DNA of 64,000 bases from Dehalococcoidia bacterium (lineage in GTDB: Bacteria; Chloroflexota; Dehalococcoidia; Plut-88900): assembly GCA_965207225.1 (NCBI GenBank), contig CBDBLV010000002.1, positions 236,160 through 300,159 of the forward strand, in the 5' to 3' direction. A program made the position numbers and the translations under genes. The notes under the pieces were generated by a model, which saw only the letters and a list, made by a program, of their open reading frames with translations, did no database searches and was not told the origin of the DNA. Shown one piece after another: positions 36,472-47,547 of this stretch. How positions within the stretch are numbered: position 1 is the first letter of the stretch; each line of letters starts with the position of its first letter.

Positions 36472-38733
36472 CTACCGTCTCCGGCCCCGGCTCCCCGAAA
36501 ACCTGCCCTGCGGCCTATCACCCCTGGGCGGCCGCCTGTCCTGGGGTCTCCTGTCCCGGCCCCCGCCCCGGAAGTCTCCATCCGACCTCCCATATCCTCC
36601 ACCCGACCGCGCGTATTCTTCCCTGGGCCGAGAGCCATCATCCCCGGGCGCTCCTTCGAGCACCGCTCTCCTTGAGAGGTTGATTCGCCCCAGGGAATCT
36701 ATTTCGGTGACCATCACGGTGACTTCGTCGCCGACCTGGACCTCGTCCTCCACGGATTCGACCCGGTATTCCGCAAGCTCGCTGATGTGGACCAGGCCGT
36801 CCTTGCCGGGCAGTATCTCCACAAAGGCGCCGAAGTTCATGATCCGCACTACTTTGCCGGTGTAGGTCTCACCAACTTCCACCTCTTTGGTCAGGCCGCG
36901 GATCATCTCTTCGGCCCGCCGGGAGGCTTCCCGATCAGATGAACCTATTATCACCGTTCCGTCATCTTCGACGTCAACGGTTGCACCAGTGGCTTCGACA
37001 ATCGACCTTATGGTCTTGCCGCCCGGGCCTATGACTATCCCAATCTTCTCTTTATCTATCTTGACGGTCGTCATACGAGGGGCGTATTCGCTCAGTTCAG
37101 GTCGGGCTTGCTGGATGGTCTTGCCCATCAGGTCGAGGATCTGGAGCCGTCCCGCCACCGCCTGCTTCAGGGCCTTCTCCATGATTTCGAAGCTCAGGCC
37201 CTTTATTTTCAGGTCCATCTGCCAGCCGGTCATTCCCTCGGTGGTACCGGCTACCTTGAAGTCCATGTCTCCCATGAAGTCTTCGATGCCGGCGATATCC
37301 GTAAGCACCGAATACCGGCCGTTCTCATCCGTAATCAGGCCCATGGCCACTCCGGCAACGGGATGAGATATCGGAACGCCCGCATCCATCAGGGATAAGC
37401 TGCTTCCGCACACGCTTGCCATAGAGGTGCTGCCGTTGGAGCTAAGCGCCTCCGACACCACTCTTATTGCGTAAGGGAAATCTTCCTCACTGGGCAGGAT
37501 GGGTTCAATGGACCTCTCCGCAAGGGCCCCGTGGCCTATCTCCCTGCGACCCGGCGACCCGATCCGTCCCGTCTCCCCCACGCTGTAGGGCGGGAAGTTG
37601 TAGTGGTGCATGAACCGTTTTCTGGTCTGCGGGCTGATGTTGTCTATCTTCTGAGCGTCGCCCGAGGACGAAAGCGTGGTAACCGAGAGCACCTGTGTCT
37701 GCCCTCGACTGAAAAGTCCTGTCCCATGAGTCCTGGGAAGGATTCCGACCTCGCACTCGATGTGGCGGAGTTCGTCCAGATTCCTGCCGTCGGGCCTGAC
37801 ACCCGTGTCCAGGATGTTCGCCCGGACCTGCTTCTTAACCTGGGCTCGGACTATGTCCCCCACCGCCTCGCCGGGGAAGCTGTCGGACAGTGCGGATATC
37901 GCTTCCTTCTCCAAAGCCTCAATGGCCGACTCCCTGTCCTCTCTTCTCACCACCTTGCTGGTGCTCTTCAAGCGGTCGCCGACCAGGTCCAGGACGGCCT
38001 TTTCAAGGTCCGGGTTAGGGATTGCGGAAGCGGGAAGCTTCATCTTCGTCTTGCCCCACGCGGAGACAAGCTCTTCCTGCAACCCGATGACTATCTGGTT
38101 AGCTTCATGCCCGAACTTGACCGCATTGAAGACAAGGTCTTCGGGAAGCTGGTTGGCCCCGGCCTCGACCATCACGACAGCATCCTTAGTGCTCACGACG
38201 ACCAGGTCCAGGTCGCTCTTGTCCGACTGGGCATAGGTCGGGTTCAGCACGAACTCACCGTCTACGTAGCCGACACGGGAGCCGCCCACGGGACCCTCGA
38301 AGGGAATCTCCGAGATGGAAAGCGCCGCCGACGCGCCGATGATCGCCGGTATAGCAGGCTCATGCTCCCTGTCCGTAGAAAGGACGGTGGCGATTATCTG
38401 GACGTCGTTGCGGAAACCCTTGGGGAAGAGGGGCCGCAGCGGGCGGTCAATCAGCCGACCCGTAAGAATGGCCTCCGCGCCGGGCCTGCCCTCTCTCTTG
38501 AAGAAGCTGCCCGGGATCTTCCCGGCCGCGTAGTGACGCTCTTCCATGTCTATGGTGAGGGGGAAGAAGTCGATGCCGGGTCGGGGTTGGGCGGATACGC
38601 AGGCTGTGACCAGAACTACGGTCTCGCCATATATGACGGTAACCGACCCGTGGGCCTGCATTGCAAGCTTCCCCGTACCGATGGTTAGGGGGATGCCGCC
38701 CAGGTCTCTTTGAAAGCTGCTAGCTGCTGCCAA
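36472..38733 (-). CDS. pnp: polyribonucleotide nucleotidyltransferase (PNPase) with an Arg/Gly-rich C-terminal tail
   Basis: 753 aa. Two RNase PH domains, KH and S1 domains, then about 65 extra residues (..GGGYGRSDGDFRGGGRDRRPQDRRPPRGDRPQGRFSGSRGRRR). Confidence 0.96.
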   Translation of the reverse strand: MAAASSFQRDLGGIPLTIGTGKLAMQAHGSVTVIYGETVVLVTACVSAQPRPGIDFFPLTIDMEERHYAAGKIPGSFFKREGRPGAEAILTGRLIDRPLRPLFPKGFRNDVQIIATVLSTDREHEPAIPAIIGASAALSISEIPFEGPVGGSRVGYVDGEFVLNPTYAQSDKSDLDLVVVSTKDAVVMVEAGANQLPEDLVFNAVKFGHEANQIVIGLQEELVSAWGKTKMKLPASAIPNPDLEKAVLDLVGDRLKSTSKVVRREDRESAIEALEKEAISALSDSFPGEAVGDIVRAQVKKQVRANILDTGVRPDGRNLDELRHIECEVGILPRTHGTGLFSRGQTQVLSVTTLSSSGDAQKIDNISPQTRKRFMHHYNFPPYSVGETGRIGSPGRREIGHGALAERSIEPILPSEEDFPYAIRVVSEALSSNGSTSMASVCGSSLSLMDAGVPISHPVAGVAMGLITDENGRYSVLTDIAGIEDFMGDMDFKVAGTTEGMTGWQMDLKIKGLSFEIMEKALKQAVAGRLQILDLMGKTIQQARPELSEYAPRMTTVKIDKEKIGIVIGPGGKTIRSIVEATGATVDVEDDGTVIIGSSDREASRRAEEMIRGLTKEVEVGETYTGKVVRIMNFGAFVEILPGKDGLVHISELAEYRVESVEDEVQVGDEVTVMVTEIDSLGRINLSRRAVLEGAPGDDGSRPREEYARSGGGYGRSDGDFRGGGRDRRPQDRRPPRGDRPQGRFSGSRGRRR

Positions 38734-38762
38734 GTATGGTCCGTATCAGGCCATCCACAGCG

Positions 38763-39026
38763 CTATCGCCTCAGTCCCAGCCTGGAAATCATGGAGCGGT
38801 AGCGCCCCACGTCTTTCCGGTTCAAGTACTCGAGCAGTCGCCTGCGTTGGCCAACCAGTTTAAGGAGACCCCGCTGGCTGTGATAATCGTGCTTGTGACT
38901 TCTGAGGTGCTGGGTGATAGACCCTATCCTGTTAGTCAGGAGGGCTATCTGCACCTCCGCCGACCCAGAGTCATTGTCGTGAAGCCTGTAGGAACCGATT
39001 ATTTCTTGCTTTAGCTGTGGCTCCAA
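38763..39026 (-). CDS. rpsO: 30S ribosomal protein S15
   Basis: TTG start at 39026 gives 87 aa ([31 protein letters not shown]...). The ATG at 39065 lies upstream of the predicted transcription start, so it is treated only as an alternative. Confidence 0.88.
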   Translation of the reverse strand: MEPQLKQEIIGSYRLHDNDSGSAEVQIALLTNRIGSITQHLRSHKHDYHSQRGLLKLVGQRRRLLEYLNRKDVGRYRSMISRLGLRR

Positions 39027-39055
39027 AAAATCTATACCTCTAATTTCCGTGGCGG

Positions 39056-39085
39056 AGTATAGCACAGAGGGGGCGCGGATGCCAC
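39056..39085 (-). promoter_or_regulatory. extended -10 promoter of rpsO-pnp
   Basis: Minus strand CCCTCTGTGcTATACTCCGCC, with the -10 at 39056-39061. Weak -35 (TGGCAT). Confidence 0.45.
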
Positions 39086-39168
39086 AGGGTGTTGCGGATT
39101 TTGATTGAACGTTGATTGAACATTGATTGAACTCGTAGCTGTTTTGATTGAATGACGCCTAAAGGGGA
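39085..39168 (-). repeat. F4 module (inverted copy): four TTCAATCAA units plus CCCCTTTAGGCGTC
   Basis: Plus-strand TTGATTGAA at 39101, 39112 and 39123 (11-bp phasing) and at 39144. About 88% identical to the reverse complement of 19625-19682. Confidence 0.8.
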
Positions 39169-39298
39169 AAACGGAGGGGAACCCTCTCCCCCTCGATCCC
39201 CCTCTCCCTTAGGGCCATTGAGGGAGAGGGGGAGGAGTAAACAGAGGGACGTGCGTGCGCGGGGCGCACGCACGTCCCTCTAGTTTGTACTCGGGGGG
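39169..39298 (-). repeat. composite repeat F3, copy B1
   Basis: Perfect 18-bp hairpin at 39243-39281 (AGAGGGACGTGCGTGCGC / GCGCACGCACGTCCCTCT), flanked by CTAGTTTGTACTCGGGG and the GGGAGAGGGGG/CCCCCTCTCCC module (short form). Confidence 0.85.
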
Positions 39299-39344
39299 AG
39301 AGGAGAACAGCGCCGACCTCTGCCTCTAGTTCAGTACTGGGTGG
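39299..39344 (-). repeat. truncated F3 fragment (B1b)
   Basis: GCCTCTAGTTCAGTACTGGG flank is present, but only half of a hairpin. Confidence 0.6.
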
Positions 39345-39407
39345 AAGGGAGGGAATGACGGAGAGGAGCCTGGCTGAGTTGCGTAGTTGGGTCTGGTCGT
39401 TCAGGAG

Positions 39408-39438
39408 GGATGGATTCCCGACTCCTCGGGAATGACGG
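39408..39438 (-). repeat. F1 hairpin
   Basis: Reverse complement reads GTCATTCCCGAGGAGTCGGGAATCCATCCC. Same stem as 17524-17543, different loop. Confidence 0.8.
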
Positions 39439-39515
39439 GTTAGACGGGCGGGGATGGGGGTGTTCGGTTGTGGGGTTTGGGTATTCATTTTGTTCTGGCT
39501 GTGGGGTTTTGGGTC

Positions 39516-39900
39516 GGCGATGGAAGGTCCGGGACTCGGATGCAGGACCTCGATGGCACCTACGCCGACGCTGGTGGCATCGGCGGTTGTCCTGCCTTTC
39601 CCTTCACGCATGCCTTGGGAGACTTGCCGCTGTCGAGGGCGTCTCTGCGTGGGGACATCCGCTCTCTGCATCAGCGCTCGACCGCTGTACGGGACGGCAT
39701 ATCGGCTCGAGGCCGCCGTGGGCGGAAGGAGCCGCATAAGGGCGCTAAGGCCCTGCATAACGAGTCAGAGGACTCGCGGAATTCCTCGACGAGGGTAAAG
39801 TCGGCGAGGCGTATACGCCCGAGTAAGGGGCGTCGTATCGGCAAGGGCGTCGTTATAGAGAGGCCTGCTGCCGCATAGAGTCGATGGACCATCCATCGCC
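39516..39900 (-). ncRNA. candidate structured RNA Y, paralogous in architecture to X
   Basis: Long-range helix GGCGATGGAAGGTCC (39516-39530) / GGACCATCCATCGCC (39886-39900), extended by GACTC (39533-39537) / GAGTC (39878-39882). Inner helix GCAGGAC (39542-39548) / GTCCTGC (39589-39595). Promoter P2 lies upstream on the minus strand. Confidence 0.3.
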
Positions 39901-40051
39901 TGGTGGGTCAGGGAAGGGACACGAGACTTGATGGGATGAGGAGATGGCGTCCCCGACGTCTCGGGGGCGGTGCCTTGGGTCGGGTCTCGGGGGCTTCCCT
40001 GGGTTTTTGGTTCCTCCTTGTGTTACTGAATATCAGTTCGAACTGCAAAAC

Positions 40052-40079
40052 AGTTTAGCACGGGTGTAATAGAAGTCAA
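40052..40079 (-). promoter_or_regulatory. extended -10 promoter P2 driving element Y
   Basis: Minus strand TTGACT (40074-40079), 16-nt spacer ending in TGc, TAAACT (40052-40057). Confidence 0.5.
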
Positions 40080-40119
40080 GGGCTTTCGGGCGCGGTTTTG
40101 TCGGGAATACCCCCCAACC

Positions 40120-40267
40120 CCCCAGGGAACCCTCTCCCTCTTTATCCCCCTCTCCCCCGTATCGGGGTACGGGGCAGGCTCTTAGGGCCTATAAGGGAGA
40201 GGGGGAGAAAAAACAGAGGCATGCACCTGCGCCTCTGCGCAGGTGCATGCCTCTAGTTTAGTACTGG
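40120..40267 (-). repeat. composite repeat F3, copy B2
   Basis: Perfect 18-bp hairpin at 40215-40254 (AGAGGCATGCACCTGCGC / GCGCAGGTGCATGCCTCT). On the minus strand it is followed by GTTTTTTCT. The long-form conserved module carries an inner hairpin CCCCGTA/TACGGGG. Confidence 0.85.
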
Positions 40268-40282
40268 AAAGAGGGGAGAAGA

Positions 40283-40397
40283 CCATCCTCACCACCTGCT
40301 CCCCCATACCTTAGGGCCATTGAAGGAGAAGGGGAGAGAAGCGTAGAGGCATAGGCATGTGCGTTGCACCCACGTCTGCCTCTAGTTCAGCACTGGG
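40283..40397 (-). repeat. composite repeat F3, copy B3 (degenerate hairpin)
   Basis: The arms at 40345-40362 and 40366-40383 pair at only 13 of 18 positions. One arm resembles the A1 hairpin and the other resembles B2. Confidence 0.7.
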
Positions 40398-40665
40398 GGG
40401 AGGGGGGTTGTGATACGAATAGGACTACAGGAGCTCAGCAATCGGGGGAGATGATTGAATATTTTAAGGGGTTGGGAGCCGTATGACTTCAGGGAGACCA
40501 CGCATCGGAGTGATCCGAGGGCAGATCCGGCACTCCTGCGTGAATAGTCCGGTCTCCCTTGCAATCACAATCGCAATCCCCCTACAATGCCTCAATCCCA
40601 CGAAGCTAACGCCCCCCTCTGCCTTTACACTCTACAAGGCGTTAAATATAATTGAATTCAGGCTT

Positions 40666-41868
40666 ATGAACGATTCTGAAGGACAGCACACCCAGCCCGA
40701 GGACACATCTTCCTACGGAATGCAGGAACTCCTGGACGAGGCTGAGAACGTCGCCACCATAAGAAGAGGCGATATAGTAAAGGGTGTAGTAGTCCAGAAG
40801 GACCGTGAAGGCCTTCTGGTCGATATAGGGGCCAAGACCGAGGGTGTAGTCCCGGCCCGAGAGATGCGCACCTTCTCTGCAGAAGAAGCCGAGGCCCTCA
40901 GCCTTGGGGACGAAGTTCTTGTCTACGTAGTCCAGACCGACGAGAGCGAAGGCCAGATATACCTGTCGGTTGACCGGGCCCAGGGAGAGAAGGGCTGGCA
41001 CGTACTCCAGGGCAACTTCGAAAACGGAGACGTAATTGAGGGTGAGGCGGTCGACTACAATAAAGGCGGCCTCCTGGTCAACGTAGAGGGAATCAGGGGT
41101 TTCGTACCCATGTCCCAGCTGGCCACCCCCGTGGCGTTCGACCCTTCCGCCGACCCCAGCCGTAGCCCCCTCGCTGACCTCATCGGCAACCACCTCAAGT
41201 TGAAGGTAATCGAAATCAATCGGCGGCGGAACCGGCTGATCCTCTCCGAAAAGCAGGTGATGCGCCAGCAGAGGGAACAGCTGCGCCAAAGCCTGTTCGC
41301 CGAGTTAGACACGGGCCAGGTCCGAAAGGGGCGCGTCACCGGGATCCGGGAGTTCGGGGCCTTCGTTGACATTGGCGGGGTTGACGGACTGGTGCATCTA
41401 TCCGAATTTTCCTGGGGCCAGGTGGAACCCCCGGAGAAGACCCTATCAATCGGGGATGAGGTAGATGTCTACGTATTGAGAGTGGACCGGGAAAACATGA
41501 AGGTAGCTCTCAGCTTCCGGCGCCTCCACCCCGAGCCCTGGGAGTCGATTCACGAGAAGTACCACGTCGGACAGACCGTCACGGCCACAGTGACAAAGGT
41601 CACGACTTTCGGCGCGTTTGCCCGCCTGGACCCGGCCATCGAGGGCCTGGTCCACATCTCGGAACTGAGCGATGGCCCGGTCCGCCACCCCTCGGACGTG
41701 GTCTCCGAGGGGCAGGAATTAACCCTGAAGATCCTGAGAATAGAACCCGAAAGAAGGCGTCTTGCCCTGAGCCTGAAGCAGGCCGGTTCCTACGGATTTG
41801 CCGAGCGATACAGGGATGAGTTCTACGGCGGCGCCGAATATGGAGACGGAGACGGGGACTACCAATAG
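40666..41868 (+). CDS. rpsA: 30S ribosomal protein S1 (four S1 domains)
   Basis: Start at ATG 40666 (MNDSEGQ...). Repeated S1 motifs (GDIVKGVVV, GDVIEGEAV, GQVRKGRVTGIREFGAFVDI, GQTVTATVTKVTTFGAFARL). The upstream part of the track ORF is spurious. Confidence 0.88.
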   Translation: MNDSEGQHTQPEDTSSYGMQELLDEAENVATIRRGDIVKGVVVQKDREGLLVDIGAKTEGVVPAREMRTFSAEEAEALSLGDEVLVYVVQTDESEGQIYLSVDRAQGEKGWHVLQGNFENGDVIEGEAVDYNKGGLLVNVEGIRGFVPMSQLATPVAFDPSADPSRSPLADLIGNHLKLKVIEINRRRNRLILSEKQVMRQQREQLRQSLFAELDTGQVRKGRVTGIREFGAFVDIGGVDGLVHLSEFSWGQVEPPEKTLSIGDEVDVYVLRVDRENMKVALSFRRLHPEPWESIHEKYHVGQTVTATVTKVTTFGAFARLDPAIEGLVHISELSDGPVRHPSDVVSEGQELTLKILRIEPERRRLALSLKQAGSYGFAERYRDEFYGGAEYGDGDGDYQ

Positions 41869-41927
41869 CACAGTGGGCAACGCCCATTGACCGGACGGGC
41901 CCGTTGCCGTCCTCCTGGGAGCAGCAC

Positions 41928-44387
<2,460 letters not shown>

Positions 44388-44416
44388 CCCTCGACTCTCG
44401 GCTAAACTGAAGAGAC

Positions 44417-44452
44417 GAAGGGAAGCCCCGTCGGGGGCTTCCCTTCTTTCAT
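44417..44452 (+). terminator. intrinsic terminator after clpC
   Basis: GAAGGGAAGCCCC / GGGGCTTCCCTTC, a perfect 13-bp stem, followed by TTTCATT. Confidence 0.7.
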
Positions 44453-44486
44453 TGATACCGGAAACAGACAAAGATCGACTAAGCCG

Positions 44487-45869
44487 ATGCCCAAGACCCA
44501 GTCGAAGACCATCTACGTCTGCAACGAATGCGGCGCAACCACGCCTCGCTGGGAGGGTCGATGCTCCCGCTGCGGCACGTGGAACAGCCTTACCCAGACC
44601 GTCCAGCGGGCCTCGCGGCCCGGGACTTCCGGACCAACCAGTTTCTCCCGCACCCCGGTGGAGCTTTCATCCGTTACCACGTCTACCGATCCCCGCATCC
44701 CCCTCTCCTCCCCAGAATTCTCCCGGGTCCTGGGAGGCGGCATAGTACCCGGCTCCCTGGTCCTCCTTGGCGGGGAGCCGGGCATCGGAAAGTCCACCCT
44801 ATTGCTCCAGACCGCCGCCGATCTCTCGGGCCCCGACTCCTGCGTCCTCTATGTTTCCGGCGAGGAGTCCGAGCAGCAAGTAAGGATGCGGGCTTCCAGG
44901 CTCGGGATTGGGGGTTCTAACCTCTTCGTCCATGCCGCCAACGACTTGAACGCCGCCCTGCAGTCCATGGACGAGATCTCTCCCGCCCTTGTGATAGTCG
45001 ACTCTATACAGACCGTCTTCTTCAGCGAGATCGGGAGCTCACCGGGGAGCCTCGCCCAGGTCAGGGAGGCCACGTGGAGGCTCCTGGAATGGAGCAAGTT
45101 CTCGGGGGTACCGGTTATGGTCTCGGGCCACGTTACCAAGGAGGGGGCCATAGCCGGGCCCCGGATGCTCGAGCACATCGTCGACGTTGTGCTCTACCTG
45201 GAAGGCGACACCTACAGCCCCTACCGACTCCTCCGCGGCGAGAAAAACCGCTTCGGCTCCACCAACGAGACAGGCATCTTCGAAATGACCGAAAAGGGCC
45301 TTATTGACGTCCCGGACCCATCCCGGGCCCTTCTATCCGAACGACGCTCCGGCGAAGTCGGCTCCATCATCGTCCCCGTCATGGAAGGCACCCGACCCAT
45401 CCTCGTCGAGGTCCAGGCGCTCACCAGCATGACGCCCTTCAACCTTCCCAGGAGGACAGCCAACGGCATAGATTTGAACCGCCTGCTCCTCATAACCGCC
45501 GTATTGAGCAAGCGGATGGGCGCCCGACTCTCCAACCAGGACGTACTGGTTAATGTCATTGGCGGGCTTCGTATCCGGGAGCCGTCCGCCGACCTCGCCG
45601 TCGCCCTGGCCATCCTTTCCAGCCTGAAGGACAGGCCCGTGCTTGACGGACTAGTCGCGGTGGGGGAGGTGGGGTTGGGAGGGGAGGTCCGATCTGCCCG
45701 CCACCTCGCCCGCCGCCTCCAGGAAGCTGCTCACCTCGGATTGGATACGGGTATAATACCCGTGACCACGCCCAAGGATTTCGTCAGCCCGGCCAACATG
45801 ACCGTTACCAGAGTGTCCAACCTCTCAGAAGCGGTGAAGGCCGCTCTTGGACCAAAATATTCCAGGTGA
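44487..45869 (+). CDS. radA: DNA repair protein RadA (Sms)
   Basis: 460 aa. N-terminal zinc ribbon CNECG..CSRCG, Walker A GGEPGIGKST, KNRFG motif, and a Lon-like C-terminal domain. Confidence 0.95.
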   Translation: MPKTQSKTIYVCNECGATTPRWEGRCSRCGTWNSLTQTVQRASRPGTSGPTSFSRTPVELSSVTTSTDPRIPLSSPEFSRVLGGGIVPGSLVLLGGEPGIGKSTLLLQTAADLSGPDSCVLYVSGEESEQQVRMRASRLGIGGSNLFVHAANDLNAALQSMDEISPALVIVDSIQTVFFSEIGSSPGSLAQVREATWRLLEWSKFSGVPVMVSGHVTKEGAIAGPRMLEHIVDVVLYLEGDTYSPYRLLRGEKNRFGSTNETGIFEMTEKGLIDVPDPSRALLSERRSGEVGSIIVPVMEGTRPILVEVQALTSMTPFNLPRRTANGIDLNRLLLITAVLSKRMGARLSNQDVLVNVIGGLRIREPSADLAVALAILSSLKDRPVLDGLVAVGEVGLGGEVRSARHLARRLQEAAHLGLDTGIIPVTTPKDFVSPANMTVTRVSNLSEAVKAALGPKYSR

Positions 45870-46738
45870 TGACTATCCAACCAGACACCGCGAACAAATC
45901 GGGCCACCTCCGTGAAATACTCAAGGAGATGGGGTCGGTTGTCGTTGCCTATTCCGGCGGTGTGGACAGCGCGTTCCTCGCCGTGGAGGCCCATGCGGCC
46001 CTCGGGGACAGGGCTCTTGCCGTCACCGCCGATTCCCCCAGCATCCCACGGTCCGAGCTGAGCGCCGCTCAGTCCCTGGCCCGGCAGTTCAACTTTCGCC
46101 ACCGGGTTATCGACACCTTCGAGACCCGCGACCCCCGGTACCAGGAAAACAGCCCGCAACGCTGTTTCTTCTGCAAAGGTGAGCTCTATTCCCGGCTCCT
46201 ACCGATCGCAGAGCAAGAAGGGTATGAATGGGTTGCCAACGGCACCAACGCCGACGATCTCGGTGACTTCCGGCCCGGCCTGGACGCAGCACGACGATCC
46301 AACGTCCGAAGCCCCCTCTGCGAGGCAGATCTGACCAAGAGCGAGATCCGGGAACTCTCCAGGGAGTTGGGCCTGCCCACCTGGGACAAACCGGCCATGG
46401 CCTGTCTCGCATCACGGGTACCATACGGAGACAAGGTGACCGTGGAGGTATTGCACCAGATAGAGGCCGCTGAAGATTATCTTAGGGGGCTGGGGATTCG
46501 AGACCTCAGGGTCCGCCACCATGACCGCATCGCACGGATTGAGGTTGATGAGCAGGGCATAGCCCTGTTGGCCCGGCCGGAAGTGCGCAGCGAGCTTGTC
46601 GGGCACTTTCGCTCCCTCGGTTATACCTATGTAACGCTGGACCTGGCCGGGTTCCGCTCGGGCAGCCTCAACGAGGTCCTGCAACTCTCCCGAAAGCCGG
46701 CAAAGGCCGCCTCCTCTCCGGTCGAGAACAAGGGGTAG
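45866..46738 (+). CDS. larE: PP-loop ATP-utilising enzyme, LarE-like sacrificial sulfur transferase
   Basis: 290 aa. SGGVDS PP-loop and ACLASRVPYG (conserved Cys). GTG/ATG start overlaps the radA stop codon. Confidence 0.78.
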   Translation: MMTIQPDTANKSGHLREILKEMGSVVVAYSGGVDSAFLAVEAHAALGDRALAVTADSPSIPRSELSAAQSLARQFNFRHRVIDTFETRDPRYQENSPQRCFFCKGELYSRLLPIAEQEGYEWVANGTNADDLGDFRPGLDAARRSNVRSPLCEADLTKSEIRELSRELGLPTWDKPAMACLASRVPYGDKVTVEVLHQIEAAEDYLRGLGIRDLRVRHHDRIARIEVDEQGIALLARPEVRSELVGHFRSLGYTYVTLDLAGFRSGSLNEVLQLSRKPAKAASSPVENKG

Positions 46739-46770
46739 TCCACTCCCTTATCCGCCCCTTCTCACCCGCC

Positions 46771-47547
46771 ATGAGCTATCTGTTTGGGGACTCCGCCACG
46801 GCCCAGTCGAGGCTCGACCTCCTTGCCCGCACCTTCGAACCCCCCACCCGGGAATTCCTTTCGACGTTCAACCCAAAAGGCACAGACCTCGCCATAGATC
46901 TCGGGTGCGGGCCCGGACACACAACCCGACTTATAGCCGAAACCTTGCCCTTCAAAAGAGTGGTAGGCCTGGACAAGTCATCGAGTTTTATTGAAGCCGC
47001 TTCCCAATCCCGTTCCACCGATGTCTCTTTCCAACAACACGACGTGACGTTGGTCCCCTTCCCCCTCCCACCCGCCGACCTCATCTTCTGCCGTTTCCTG
47101 GTCACCCACCTCCCCACACCCGGCCAGGCACTCGCCCGGTGGGCGTCCCAGCTCTCGAATTACGGTGCGATCCTGCTGGAAGAGGTACACTGGATTCACC
47201 CCCGGAACTCCGTGCTGGAATCATATCTATCTGCCTTGGACCGTGTCATGGACGCCACGGGCGTAGCCCTCTACACCGGCGCCCGGCTCCCCGATCTTAT
47301 TAAGAGCACTCCCCTGAAGATCACTGCCGACAATACCTGCCACCTTGCCGTGAGCAACCGGGATGCGGCTGCAATGTTCTCCATGAACATCCGCTCCTGG
47401 GGCATGAGCCACCCGGCCCTTTCCTTGTACGGCTCCTGCTTCCTACGCTCCCTCCACCACGACCTGGAAGTAATGGCAGCCGATTCCCCAGGCGCTCTAT
47501 CCGAAATAGAATGGGGCATGAGGCAGATGGTACTGGAGCCCGGATGA
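46771..47547 (+). CDS. class I SAM-dependent methyltransferase
   Basis: 258 aa. Motif I DLGCGPGHTT. Stop codon overlaps the larC start (ATGA). Confidence 0.75.
   Translation: MSYLFGDSATAQSRLDLLARTFEPPTREFLSTFNPKGTDLAIDLGCGPGHTTRLIAETLPFKRVVGLDKSSSFIEAASQSRSTDVSFQQHDVTLVPFPLPPADLIFCRFLVTHLPTPGQALARWASQLSNYGAILLEEVHWIHPRNSVLESYLSALDRVMDATGVALYTGARLPDLIKSTPLKITADNTCHLAVSNRDAAAMFSMNIRSWGMSHPALSLYGSCFLRSLHHDLEVMAADSPGALSEIEWGMRQMVLEPG

Noticed and set aside
40483-40665. N-terminal extension of the rpsA ORF
   Set aside because: There is no S1-like sequence before MNDSEGQ at 40666. The extension covers the promoter and 5' UTR region.
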